This document shows positions 41,547 through 61,189 of a DNA stretch of 64,000 bases, one piece after another. Source of the stretch: the human T2T-CHM13v2.0 reference genome, Homo sapiens; NCBI RefSeq assembly GCF_009914755.1, contig NC_060926.1; one strand, written 5' to 3'. Under the pieces are notes generated by a model. The model saw only the letters and a program-made list of their open reading frames with translations. It did not search any database and was not told the DNA's origin. The position numbers were made by a program, and so were the translations under genes. The first letter of the stretch is position 1. Each line of letters opens with the position of its first letter.

Positions 41547-42944
41547 GTCTATAATTCTTGACTAGCCCTGCAGGGTAACCTTGGACAGACATCTTTACCT
41601 TCCTAAGACTCATGTTCTGCTGCTCTAAAATAGAAAACAGAGTCCTGTTATCACAGAAGAGATGTGGGCTGGAAGAGACCCACCTCCTTAACCTGGGCTT
41701 TGCTGAAAGCCAGCAGTCCTTTGAGGCTGAGGAAAGGTGAGTTTTATTGTACTGTTTGCTCCCAGGCAGCTGCTTCCAGAGGATTCATGGGTTTACAATT
41801 TAAGAGACAACCAAGCATGAGGATAGAACTTCCATTAAATGGCGCCCATGTTTCTGGTACCACGACAAGCCATTAAACCATACTCTCTGGCTAGGTTTAT
41901 TAATGTCCACATCTAAAATTTTGTACATTGCTCCATATCCTACTGCAGTTTAGAGTCATCTCCTGAGTATTTCACGGTGAGTTATTTACTTAGTGTGACA
42001 GGAAAGGGATTAAAAATGCTCCATGTTACAAAAATCATATCCTCGTCTTCTGCATGTCCACACGACACACGAGAAGGAGGAAGAGTGTGAGCTCCAGGAC
42101 AGTATCCAAAAACAAGTTAAATTGAACTCTCCTTTGCTCTTCTTCAAAGCTTCAGGCTGCTGAAACCCATTTTCTATCCTTCTCAATATTTGTCCTGCTG
42201 ATGCGTTAATAGAAGCTTGTTTTTCACAATATGTTCACACCACCAAAAGCATTCAGGGAATTCCTAGATCACCTTAAATTTTTCCTAATTCAACATCTTC
42301 TGGAAGGAAAACACGAAAGCACCCAGATGCCTTTGCTTTAGAACAATTCCTGTGACTTATTTCGCATTGATAGTTTTTGTTTTAACTGGAATTAAGGATT
42401 CTAAGGGCAGATCTGAGAAGCTACTTCACTAACAGTGAAAGGAAAGAGAATGAGGAAAGTTGATTTATCCATGCTGAATGAATACCGACTTACCTGCCCC
42501 AAACAGAGAAACAACTAACTAAACAGCTATTCAGTAAGCCTGCTACAACTACCCCAGACCCACCCCAGGCAAACAGGGACTTCAGAACACTTATCTCCCG
42601 AAGGAAGCTCTTGCAATTCAGATCACAGGCTTTATTTTTTAATTCACCCATGTTTGCTTCAAAAGAGCTCCTCTGCTGACTATGGAAGAACAAAACGAAA
42701 AAGCCAAAGAGAGAAACACTTAAGGATTTGAGGTTGGGGAAATGTTAGAAGGTGAGAAGTCGGGCAGTAAAAGGAAAAGAAATATCCACTCACTAAATCT
42801 AGGACAGCCTTGTACAGAAATCTGCCCCAAATTCATGTTTCTCCACCTCAGGAACAAGAGGAGCTCCCTTGTTTGTAGTTAGAATTTTAAGGACTAGTGT
42901 CTTTGAGCCAGGTAAACAGTGAGTCTGATTCTCAACAATTATGA

Positions 42945-43358
<414 letters not shown>

Positions 43359-43654
43359 TGACCTTGAGAATGTGCCTGTCAGACTTCTGATTTCAGGGAT
43401 TTTACTGACACAGGGGTCCAGCTCTGCCTAGGGAAATCCATAGTCCCATTTGCAATGAGCCCTTCTTCCCCCCAGCTGCTCCCAGCCAATGGCTGCATGC
43501 AGCAGGGACACCGCAGGGGGACCTGTCCCCAGGCGCTGTCCCTCCAGTGGGCACCAATACCAGTGTTATGGGAGTTGATTTCGGGCACTGTGCTGAATAT
43601 GTTCAGTCTTGCTACTTGTGCATTTTTTAATATGTGTGATTTCAAAGATGATGT

Positions 43655-43860
43655 TGTTTAGGAAGAGGCTAAATATGGGTTTCTCAAAAACCTCAGGCAA
43701 AGGCTTTGGCAGGAAGTTCACTTGGAAAGGTGTTGCAGGAAGCAGAAGTGGGGGCCTGGGAATGTGAAACAGGAAGGGAGGGAAACCGATAGGTGGATGC
43801 ATGATTGAGTTGACAACACTGCTGCATTTGGGCTTGAGGGTTCTCAAAGGCAGTCTTGCC
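43655..43860 (-). mobile_element. LTR16/33-like ERVL LTR fragment
   Basis: tgggtttctcaaaaacctcaggcaaaggctttggcaggaagttcacttggaaagg. Confidence 0.5.
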
Positions 43861-44013
43861 AGACTCTTCCCTAGTCCTGCACTAGACTCTGAGACTTGGG
43901 CATGAGGAATAATCTTCCTTCCTTCCCTCTCTCCTTCACTCAGGATCAGACCTGCTGCATAGCCTGATGGCTCTCTCAGTCTCTCCTGGCTCCCTCCCTA
44001 TTATCTCTCATAG

Positions 44014-44229
44014 CAACCTTGTCCAACCCATGGCCCGTGGGCCACATGCAGCCCAGGATGGCTTTGAATGTGGCCCAACACAAATTTGTAAACTTCCTTA
44101 AAACATGAGGGTTTTTTTTGTTGTTTGTTTTCTTATCAGCTATCATCAGTGTTAGTGTATTTTATGTATGGCCTAAGACAATTCTTCTTCCAATGTGGCC
44201 CAGGGAAGCCAAAAGGTTCGACACCCCTG
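44014..44229 (-). mobile_element. MER30 hAT-Charlie element
   Basis: ttgtccaaccc...gcccaggatggctttgaatgtggcccaacacaaatt...gcccagggaagccaaaag...acacccctg; degenerate 8-bp TSD tctcatag/tcttatac. Confidence 0.92.
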
Positions 44230-44419
44230 TCTTATACACATGACTCCTAACATGTTTCTTGTACATTTAATCCCATCTTTTCCTCTGCTACTTGGACAAC
44301 CCAGATTAACATACGTAGTAATATCAACTGCATTATGTATATAATTATACAAGATTATATATTTATATGTAATTTTATACAATTATGTATATAACACATA
44401 CACTTAAAGTAAACTTACA

Positions 44420-45330
<911 letters not shown>

Positions 45331-45539
45331 CTACTGTCTTTTTCAGTGGCCACATTTAAAATAAAATCAGTTATACCATTGAGTTAAAGTGTCCAGGGAG
45401 ACCAGGAATAACTAATGGAACCCAGGGCTCCTGGGTTTATTTTGCTTTTGTGTGTTTTGTATACGTGCAGTGACAAGGGGCTTCTCTGAAAGCATTTTGT
45501 TCTGTTTGGCTTTGTATAAGCTGGGCACATTGTGGTTTA

Positions 45540-47286
<1,747 letters not shown>

Positions 47287-48289
47287 CTCAGTATGGGATT
47301 TCAAAGCATAGCAGCAGATTGGTGAAATAAGCATCCTTCCTAGAGGACTCAGGTCTGTGTGTGATATAGAGATTTCACACCTAGCAGAGAACCCGCAAAA
47401 AAGCTTTGCACACCTAACTGAGATGAATTTGCTGCAAGAAATTATCCATCTTTACAAAAGAATTCTTCCAATTCCTCTTGTGAAACATAGCAGACAAACA
47501 AAAATAAAACCACTGGCTTTCACTTTTGATAATGCACTTTTCAAATATTTACAGAATGCACTTCAGTTTCAGATAAATGTTGCATCATGTCTGAGTTGCT
47601 GACAACTCTTGCTCTGTCCACTGTCCCAGAAATTACCTTCCTCAAAGTGTGGTGACTTGAGGGCATGAAAGGAAGTATTTCAGATTCAAAGTTAAATGAA
47701 CCCTATGATCCAGGGACATTGTCAGAAAGTTCCATTCTCAATGAGAAAAACCCTTAAGAATGCACACCTCTGCAGATAGCTGCCTACAAGAAAACTGCCC
47801 AGAAGCAACTTTTCCTACCATGGGGTTCAAGCCTAACTTGCTTGTGAGAACACAGCTTCTCCACACATATCATCGGGAAGCTGCCAACTTAACAGAAAAC
47901 CATTGTAATCTAAAAATTGAAATAATACTGATGAAAGTCAGGGGAAGACAGAGTTCATGAGGAGTTGACATGGAGCAAAGACAGCACATCCTTGTTTCAA
48001 TTGGCAGGAGAAGGACTTTGCTCTCAGGTCGGTGTCTGGTGAGACACAATTGATGGAAATACATTATTTTAATTCATATTCATGGGCTTATATGTCTGTC
48101 TCCCCAACCAAAATACAAAGCCCTCAAGGGCAGGGACATTATCTCATTTATCTTTCTATTTTCATTGCCGAGACATAGACCTTATATATAATAGGTGCTT
48201 AAAAAATGCTTACTTAAGGAATGAATTGGCAAGTGGAAACTCTCCCAAACAAGAATGTTTTGTCCAGCTACTGCTCCTCCTCATTTTAT

Positions 48290-49790
<1,501 letters not shown>

Positions 49791-49952
49791 GATACGAATG
49801 GTGAGTGCAGAAATATTGGTTGAATGAATGCATGAAGAAATCTCTGAACTTTTTTTTTTTAGCCTCCTTAGGTAAGATGCCTGTTAGCTAGTTAACTAAC
49901 CTCAAATCCATTCTCAACCTCCTCCCTTGGCTGCCTCTACTACAGTGGATAG

Positions 49953-50751
<799 letters not shown>

Positions 50752-52819
50752 ATAGTAAAATCAGTCCCACTTGCTTGTAGTGGCCCACATGGTCCAGTAG
50801 GTTCAGTGAGAGGTAAGCACAAGTCTGCTGGGAGACTTTGAGACTTTGAAGGCATTTGCTTCTGGGTAAGGAGGGGCGTGGCAGGTGCTCGCTCTGCCCA
50901 TCTTCCGTCCTTTACATGTAGACATGTTGGTTAAAGGCACAGCAGCCATCTTGTGATTATCAAGCACTAAACATGAGGACAAAATGGACGTTTGCTGAAG
51001 ATGAACAGAGTCTGTTTAGATGATGTTGGGGAGTAATTGCCTTGGTCATCCACCACCACCAGACTTGTGGTTACATGAGAAAAACAGACCCTTATTTGGT
51101 TAAGCCACTCTTCATTAGGTTTTCTGTTACTTGTACCAAACATATTTCTAACAATTCAGACCCCTTTCAAAAAAAGGTTAACTGATATCCAACAAGAATC
51201 TTTGATACTCTTGTTAGTAAAATTTAACATTTACTTTAGCATTTGTTTTATTGTAGAAATAAATGTCATGGGCATTTGAGCTAGATGGGCCAGTTTCCCC
51301 CTTGGTCTGATTACCAAGGAAATGAATGATTGGCTGAGCATGTCTTGCTATGGGACTCCAGTGCCTGGATCCCTCCCACCAAGGTGTCACACCATGTGAT
51401 GATGTGTGGGCCTCTACCCACCCACATTACTATTTTCTTCTCACAGACACCCCTACTTACAAATATACTGAGTTCATTTACAAAGGAGGAAAATGGCTGC
51501 TTCAAAACAGAGCAATGAATTACCTGTCACATCCCTGAGATCTTTTGCTTACCCATATTGAGATTACTTGATTTATCTTCTCAGCCCAACGTTTCGAATT
51601 CGTGACGATGTTTTTACTTCTTGCTCCTGTGATATGACACCTTTAGGATTCTGCTAGCTACCTCATGGTATACACAGTGGGCATGGAGTTTTAAAACAGT
51701 GCTTCCTAGCTATCACCAATGGAACAAAAGTGCTTCCCGTTTGTGGTAGAAATCACCCCATGTCGTCATTTGTCAGCTAGTTGCAAAGGAGCTAAAAAAT
51801 TCTGAAATCCTGTTGTAAAAGACAATCCTCTCCAGACTTGTCCAGCACTTCCACTTTGCAGCCAAACTGCAAATGCCATCCCAAAGGTATTAGGTGGCTC
51901 TTTTTCTATGTTCATGACAAGAAACAAGAAAATGAAAAGTTGCACGAAGCTGGGAAAATTGCAGAAACCTGGCAGGGGATGACTTTCGCCTGAGCAATTT
52001 GTCAGTTCCAAAGGGACATGTAAAGCAAGTTTTAAGAATAAGTGGCATCCGGTTCTCATTCTGACTGGTTTGCCTGGCCATAATTATTGCAATGTGGGCT
52101 AACATCCCCAGCCCTGCAATGCACCTGTGTAGGCTCAATAAACACAACTGACCTGCAGTATTAGTTAACGTTGATGACAAAACTCAGAAAGATCTTTATT
52201 TATTACAGTATATTCTCTTTTTAACTGTGAACATATTGTATTTTCCCCACTCCAGTCTGTCAAAATATGCTTGCATATTTTCTCCTCTCACCTCAAGGGA
52301 AGGAGCTCAGTGCCCTCTGACTCCATTACTAGGCTTCCTTCCCCAGGACCATGAGGGAACTAGCCCAGCAATGGTGCAAAGTGGTGCAACCACTCCGACA
52401 TATGAATCTCCTGGGAGTCAAGTCTCTTGGTAAATATATGCCTTAGACTTGAGAAGTCTAATTTTAATTCTCTCCTGCCCAGTCCCCTGGTCCTGCTAGA
52501 TTTGTAAGGACCTAATAGTCTAAGATAATACCCAAAGTGAAAGGTCAACTTTTTTTTTAAGTAGTAGATTTGTAAAGAATTCAGGGTCAAGAACTGTAGA
52601 TACTAATCCTTATTCAATCACTAGTTTGCAGGCCTCTTCAAGCCTCTTAATTGTTGTGCCTTTGTGTGTGGAAGAACTGGGACTGCCCTACCTTACGCTA
52701 ATGCTGTGAGGATTAGTAAGTGTCGGAAAATCCCTCTGCAAATACGAAATGCTTTGTAAATAATAACAAGCTACTTGAGCAGTTATTATTAAAGAGATCT
52801 TGAACAAGCTGCCCCTATG

Positions 52820-52872
52820 CATACACATACACACACTCAGACACACAGGCACACACACACACACACAAACAC
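52820..52872 (+). repeat. Imperfect (CA)n
   Basis: Direct reading. Confidence 0.85.
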
Positions 52873-54079
52873 TGTGGATGCTAAAAGATTTATTGATGAT
52901 GATTCTCATGTGGATAAATGGCTTGAATGCAGGCTTACCTCATGGTTGCAGCAAACACTGGTTGACCTCCTGAGGTCCTTTCTTGACCTATTAACCTGTT
53001 GTTTCATGTTGATGATGCTAAACCTAATGAATTTAGAGTGTGAGCCATTTCTAAATGTACCCTCAGCAGTAAGGACAATATTTATCAGTATTACTGAGCT
53101 TTAGGCTTCATTTATAAAGTGTATTAACATCAATCATTTTACAAGTATGTATTTCTCAGAACGGCTGCACTTTGCAAAACAAACAAAAGAACTCTGGAAG
53201 AATCAGTGGATATTATAATATATGGCACAGTGCTGAGGTAACAAAACAGTTGTATAATTATTCCCAGCATGACATGTTGATGTACAAAAACTTTGGTTTC
53301 CTTTAAACAGTGTCTGTCAATTTTCCCACATCAGTGCAGGAATCACTGACATGCACAATTTTCCCCATCAGTATGATGCCCAATTACTTGAAAAGGGTGA
53401 AAACTTTATGCCACTTTCCAGCATGATGGACATAACCTTTAAATATTGGCAATTGCTGAGATGTTTCATGTTGTAAATTTTCTGAACATAATTGTGAGTT
53501 TTCCCTTGCCATCAGCTTTATTTTCTATTCAAATTAGGAAGTATTAACAAAGTTTTGCTTGTCTCTCTTAAGATTCAAATTTATAGCCACAAAGTATGCT
53601 TAACTCTACTAGAATGGTTAAATGAATGCTAAAGGAGATTGTGGAGTCAGCTTTGGGGATATTTTAAAACAAGAGTTTTCCTTCCTGAGCATTTTATGTG
53701 GAGAATAGCCTGAACACAGAGTAGAGTTTTGCATCAACTCTTATGGTCTGATCTGGATATATTATCCAACATATAATTCCCATTTAAAACTCAGACCTAG
53801 TCACACATAAAATCATTAGATACTTTTGGCTTCATGTTGACCTGAAAGAGTGAATAGTCTTCCTTAAATGGAACATCAGTTTTTCAAAATGTGAATTTGT
53901 ATAGCAAATAATTACAGCTGCGCATTGTGTATTTCAATAAATGTGTATTACGTTTTGAGTATTTATGTAAATGAAATTTAGAAACATTCCAGGGCATGGA
54001 TGACCTCCTAACTACAATGCCCAATGACCTTTTTTATTTCTCTTCTTTGGTATTTTCCCATTTCCTTTATATCAAATAA

Positions 54080-54425
<346 letters not shown>

Positions 54426-55029
54426 GGAAATTCTATTTACTCTTAGTGGCCCTGCACAAGCATGGCTTCCTCTATGACTCTATGACAGGCATTGGTTGGA
54501 TTTTTTTGACGAACTAATATCTAAATTCCCTTTCTAACTGGGGGGCACCCACTGCAGGAGTAGAGAAGCCCAGATAATTGTTCTCCAAGAGCCCTGGCAG
54601 CCAGGGGAGGGCTCATGACCTAAGCTTAGCAGATCAGATGATCCATCCAGAACTCTGTTCCTGGAGCACGGAAAGCAAGAAACCGTTTAACATCCACTGT
54701 AGTCGGGGAAGTGGGTCTATAACCGGTGTCTGGAACAGTGGCGGCCATGGAGTCAGGAAACCAGCAGCGCCCACTGGGGAGGTCGTCATAGGGGTTTCTG
54801 ATCAGACAATTCCTGCAGCACAATCAGCTGTGTTCTCAACATCTTTCATTGCTCACTGCCCAAGGCTGTTTCTCAGTCTTCTTGTGGATTCTCTGAGTGA
54901 CCAAGTCAACGTCCAATAAGGGCCTTTACAACTTAAGTGAATCAAGTTTTTGTTTGCAAACAAACAAATAAAAAAATCCAAACTCACCTGCACAAAATCA
55001 CACGCCACCTCATGTGCTGAAAGAAATAC

Positions 55030-55560
55030 CTCCTTATTAGAGCAATTTGGGCGTCTTCAATGTCTTTCTCAATTACCTTCCATCTACATTTTCTACTCTC
55101 CAGCCAGATTGAACTAGTCAACATTCTCTGATCACACTTTTTCCCAACCAGGTGCCTCAATTTGAATCAATTTTCTTGTTTATAAGAAGTCCACCTATCA
55201 TTCACATCTACATTATCTGGCTGGGAGTGGAGCCATGTTTAATATCTGCTGTAGCGACAGGTACGAGAGGTTTCAAATTCCTCCAGATGCCAGCTCCACT
55301 CCCCCCCAATCAGACTTTCCTGTTTTCCTGATTGCCCCAAACCCCAGAAAACAGATGTGACCTTGATCTTCTTTGACCTCTCATAACATTTTGCATCTTT
55401 CTTATGTCAAATACCACATTCCACATTGGAAAAAAATGGTCATTTGTTTTTGTATTCAATCTATTCTAGATTGTGAGTTCTTAGTAATATAGTAAAGGTT
55501 ATAACTTGTTTTATATCTATATATTTTTTAGCAGTGATCTTGCATGTTGGTTGAAAAACA
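55030..55560 (+). mobile_element. L2 fragments
   Basis: ctactctccagcca...ctagattgtgagttctt...tgttggttgaa. Confidence 0.55.
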
Positions 55561-56307
55561 AAATGGATATGCATAGATCTTTCTTGCTGAAATGAAGATT
55601 ATTATAATGCTTCTAATATACAACTTCCTATGTCTCTAAAATTCTACCTACCCACTGTTTAACTTAAAAAAAATGAATTATTATGCAATCAAAAATTATG
55701 TTCTATGATCTCTACTTTAAAAAGAAAATAATACATTACACAGTCAAACATTTAATAATTAGGTTTTTTAGGAAGTGAATAAGTAAATTAACTACTTTAT
55801 TGTGGCATATTTAACTGGATATTTCAGATATTTAGCAAACAATTAATGTGTCTGGATATGGTTTTGGGTGCAGACAGTCTATGTAAATAGAAAAGCATTG
55901 TTTTTCATGGCAAACATTCCTCATTATAAGTTTGTTCCTAGACAGAAAATGTAATACATTCTTTGATGTACACAGAGTTTCAGAGAAAGGAATAAAGGAA
56001 TTTAGATAAAACTTACGGGGGAAAGTCAGTTATTTATACTTCTGTGTTTTATTTCTCAAGGAAATAGATTTGAAGAAAGCATAGTTTTACACCATTAACA
56101 GCTGATACGGATAAGATAGAGTTGCTTGATAGCAAAGAACAGATAGGAAAAGAATCCATCTGTCTAGAAAGATCTTCATGGAAATGGATAAGTAGTGCCT
56201 ATTCGGGAAAAAATTACTACACATATAATATATTTCTGGAAGGTTTATGTGAAAAACATATTTCCTGTCAGTTTCTTGTTTTCTTTTTAAAAAAGAAGCT
56301 TCTTTTG

Positions 56308-56598
<291 letters not shown>

Positions 56599-56787
56599 GC
56601 TTCTTTCTTCAGTTTTTTTTTCTTCCATGACTGCATTTAGAAAACAGTGACAGGGTAAGTGCATTTGGGCTCTTTAGATAGAATCAATTCTGGATTTCTT
56701 TTATTACTTTGTCACAGTGCTTCAATGATGGTTCTAGATTAGATAAATTGATCACATTTGAGGAGGGTTTCCTGCAATTCACATATG

Positions 56788-56848
56788 AACACACACGCAC
56801 ACATATGCTCACACATACACATACTCACACATACATGCTCTCACACAC
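56788..56848 (+). repeat. Imperfect (CA)n
   Basis: Direct reading. Confidence 0.8.
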
Positions 56849-58574
56849 TCCAAACATTCTAACCCAAAGCTGTCTTTGCTCTTTGCTTTCAGCATGGCTT
56901 CCATCCAGAGCCAATTACAGAAAACAACAGCTCCTCAGCACTATTGCCAACAGTAATCTCAGGGAAAGAATTGCACCTACTCAAGCCTGAGAACATATTC
57001 AAGAAGTTAATTATTTTCCTAGTGTAGTCCTTGGAGCAGCCTTTTTTTTTTTTTTTAACTTTTTCCCTATAAAGTGCCATGGGGTATTATTCCTGTGGAA
57101 TATATGGGGTACTATATAAAACCAAGTTGTTGCTGATTTTACTTGAAATCAGTTTTTATTTCCTGTTTTATGTCTACTTGTTTACAGCACCTTGAAACAT
57201 CTTCTGTGTGTTTGCCCGGTGCTGAGGGCTTCGCAGTCAGAGCTGCGTCTCCCTGGTTCCTGGATAGCTCACTTTGGAGGGCTGCGTGTCCCTGCGTGTC
57301 GAGGGAAGGAAAGAGGTAATGCCAGAAACTAATTTTCAAATAAAATGGCAACATGATTGAAACGTATTCCTCTAAATTCAGTATCAATTAAGTTTAATGG
57401 TCACAAGTCTTTCATCGATTTATAGAGCTGTGTATATCATGATTTTTAGAGAGAACATTACTCCCTCGACAGCTTTCTAATTGAGAAAAGGATTCTATAG
57501 CACAGAGACCTTCGATTAATGTTCTATAGAGATAATTTGTAGCTTTTTGTTCTGCTGGTCACTGCGCCAGTCATACACCCACTTCACTTAGCAGGTTTGG
57601 GAAATTTAGTTGCAGCCACAGCAAACAAAGCCCAATAACTGTGTTCTCCATGACAGCAGAAATCTAAAGAAATAGTTAGTAACCGATGGGGCTTTTGTTC
57701 TTGTCTCATTTCCCATTATGGCAGATCCTCAAGGTAGTATGGAAATAGCAAATTTCTAGTTGCTATTTACACAGATAACTGCCCCCAAAAGACCAAGTAG
57801 AAAAAGTAGCCAATGGATTGTGCCATTGGTTTTATTCAGGAGCATGTTTCTAGAAATGAACAGGTTTAGGACTTACATAGGCCTGGGTTCCATTGCTGGC
57901 TCAGTGATACACTCGATGTGGACAACGTGACATAATATTGATTATTCATTATTGGCTTTGGAAGTCATGGTGAGTAACTTACATACAGTTGCACAAATCA
58001 GTGTCCTTACGTGGTAAGCACTTATCAAAGGAGACTTCCCGCTCTACTTCCTAACATCTGAGGGTCAACGTTTACTACACTTATGGGATGCAGTGACTTC
58101 CATGTGAAGGGTAACCAGTTAGAAATCTCAAGAAATGGGTGAGAGTGGCATGGGAGTGTCCCTACACCACCCGCAGATGATTACATTCTAGTTGCCTTCT
58201 GGCTTTTCTGTTTTTTATTGATTGTTGGCAGCATACCATTGCTGGACTTAGTGATTGCTTACAAACTCAGCTTCTCCTAAGAACTAACAAGCAAATTTGA
58301 GCTTCCCAAGAATGCAGGGTGGTGATTAAAATGCCAAAGGCATGAACCAGTTAAGCTCTAAAGAAGTCCAAAGACAGAAAGCAAAAAAAAAAAAAAATAA
58401 ATAAATAAATAAAATAAAACTGAGAAAGATGGAAAATCTAGTGACACCTCAGGACTTCACATACTTCCTTGGGCAAGGCAGTGTCCCAAAATTCATGCTG
58501 GCTCTGATGGAGGTAGGGGAGAGCTGGGACAGCAGCCACCACATGGCACTCTTGGAGTTCCATGCCTTGGTGCA

Positions 58575-58935
58575 TCACACAGAACTGGATTTGGACCTCA
58601 TCTCTGCCACTGGCAAGCTGTGTGAGCTTGAGGAAGTTATTTAACCTCTCTGGGACTTGGTTTCTATCTCTAAAAGGAGTACTTTCTTCATAGAATTGTT
58701 TTGGGGATTAGGTAAGAAAATGCATTGAAAACAAAAGGCCTAATGATGTGAAAAGTATTACAATTAAGACTACTGGCTTAGAGAGCTTCAGAAAATCTCT
58801 CCAAGGTTCTATCTCCTCTCTAAAATGATTATGATAATGGTTCCCACCTTTTCAGGCTGTTGGAAGGATTATGAGCTAGCTCATGACTAGCATTTACAAA
58901 TATTCCCTGGCATATATTAGGTTCTGCATAAATAT
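58575..58935 (+). mobile_element. MIR fragments
   Basis: tctgccactggcaagctgtgtgagcttgaggaagttatttaacctctctggg; aggctgttggaaggatta...cctggcatat. Confidence 0.8.
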
Positions 58936-59299
58936 TAGAAATTTATGTCCCCCCTATTTTCCCATTCCCTGGACCATTTGCTTTTTTCTCTACATACCCA
59001 CCCCCTAGCACCATGCTTGAACTCCTGTATATGTCTCTCCTCTTATGTCCAGCTAGTCTTCTACAAAGAGCCTTAGAAACCAGACTTCAAATGGACACCA
59101 TGGCTTCCTAGTGGGGTAATTCTCCTATCTCTGCCCCGATAGTCATGATCAGCCATTTTTAGGCTAATTTCAGCTTTTCCTAGGAGCAATAGCCATTAGC
59201 CAAGTAAATGTGACATCTCACTCTCTTTTATAAAAGTGAGAAGAGTGCTAAAAATATTGCTGGTTATTTCACAGTTAATCGGCTTCCCTTGAAGAGGTG

Positions 59300-59510
59300 G
59301 TATGCCTCTGTCCTTGTGGGGAGTCTCATGTTCACTTCTGGTCACCTTGTTTCAAGAGAAGTGGGAGTGAGATTGAAAAGTGCTGGAGAAGGGTATGAGC
59401 TTGCTTAGAGGTGGAGGACGATTTACGTACTATGATAGGCAACAAAGAAGAGGATTAGCAGAAGCTTAGGATGAATTTGATAGCAGGGCTTAATATTACA
59501 AGGGTTTAAT
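59300..59510 (+). mobile_element. CR1/L3 LINE fragment
   Basis: tgttcacttctggtcaccttgtttcaag...gaaaagtgctggagaaggg...gaagcttaggatgaatttgatagc...acaaggg, resembling the CR1 ORF2 3' region. Confidence 0.6.
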
Positions 59511-61189
59511 AAAAACTTATCAGGCCCCCTTTGTCAACATAACAGCAAAATATGAGTGCAAGTCAATGCTCAACAATATCAAAAGGCGGCAAATGAGAAT
59601 CCACACTGGAAAATAGTTATTCACACAAAATGTTTACTTGTGCAAATCTCCGATGTCAAAGACATTTCTATAACCAGGATTCTGTCCCTACACTTTAAAA
59701 GACTGAACAATTTTGTGCAATAAAAATATGTGATTATGCAAGTATGTCCAATATGGGTAATTAAATTTCATGCTTCAGGAGACAAATTAGTTGTTGAGGG
59801 ATATCTGGAAGACAGTTCTTCTGCATGTATGTCATTTCACAGCTAGCCAGCCTTCCCAATGGGACTTTGCTGTCCTACTAGGAAAAGAATAGGGGCACTG
59901 TCTAGAGAAACATTTAACAAAGCAAATTCCTTTTCATTTACTCTCAACATTTCTTACCCTCAATTTGAGTGTTGATTAGCCCTTGGAGTTTGAGCTTATG
60001 CTAGGCAGATCCCAAACTAAAGGACCTTGAAGAGACCAGGTTTGTTGTTGTGTGTAGTTTCCCAGAGTGGCCTGGAAAATCTATTTGCAGGTTCTTAACC
60101 AAATTCTTAAGATGACCCCAGGCAAACTCCATCTTCCATTAAAGTTCTTTAGGCCCAAATGAATAAGGTAGAAACCATCACTGTGGAGCTTTAGTTTGCA
60201 AGAATGGAGGCCCAGGAAAAGAGTTGATGATTCCTGGATTGTGGGCTTTCCAGAGTCCTAGTTAACTGCATCAGTGAAGAATGCACATTTGTATTTAGTT
60301 ACCCATTCCTGGAAAAATATAATTCTTCGTTAAAAGTGGAAAGTGGATTGGGAGGAATTGGCAATAAAATTTTACCTCTCATGAAAGAAAACTGTATCTT
60401 CTGAGAAAAAAATGAATTTTTTTGAGAAAATTTTCTCAAAAATGATTTGAGAAGTGTCAAAAGAAAGGCTCCTCGTCAGAGAGATGTAGCACAGCCCCCA
60501 AATAGATGATGTTTGGCCCAATAGACAGCATTTTCATACGAACTTACACGTGTCAAACAGAAAGATTAAAAAGTAAGAAAACTTTTTAGATCATGACACT
60601 ATTTGGATAAATTGCTTCTTTCTTACGTCTATGTTTTCACATTATTTTACACATTATTTTGGGAAGGATCGAACCATTGTCAATTTTAAGCTAACTTTTG
60701 TATTAAAGTTAGTACTAACATAAACTTAGTTCCCAGCATTTCATGTGTCCCTTCACTTATCAATTAGGTGACAACCTACTGACTTCAGTTAAAAGCTCTA
60801 TAGATCTAAAGGGCACTGGGTCCTGTCTGCTAATGGTCAGATTCCAGTTCTGGACTTACTCATAGCAGGGGTTACACTCTATGCCCTAATGTTCGGGGAG
60901 AAATTGTGGCCATAACTCCAACCACCATAAATAACTCAAGAACCCCCTCGAAGGCATATGTGGGAGGATAGAAAAGATTACTACACTCTGTTGGGTTAGG
61001 ATCTTTATCAAAATCATCTCTTTTAATTTTCACAACTGTGAAAAATACACACCATAATGTGTATTTGCATTCCCATTTTGTGGATAAAGAAACTAAGGCT
61101 CAGAAAGGCTGAAAAAATTAGCTGAATTTATTGTTCTATTATTAACATCTGCCGCCTTCCTCCAAGTAAGACTTCAGAGGCCTTTGAGC

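Noticed and set aside
58383-58420. Orphan poly(A)/(AAAT)n as a processed pseudogene tail
   Set aside because: No recognisable retrocopy body or TSD upstream
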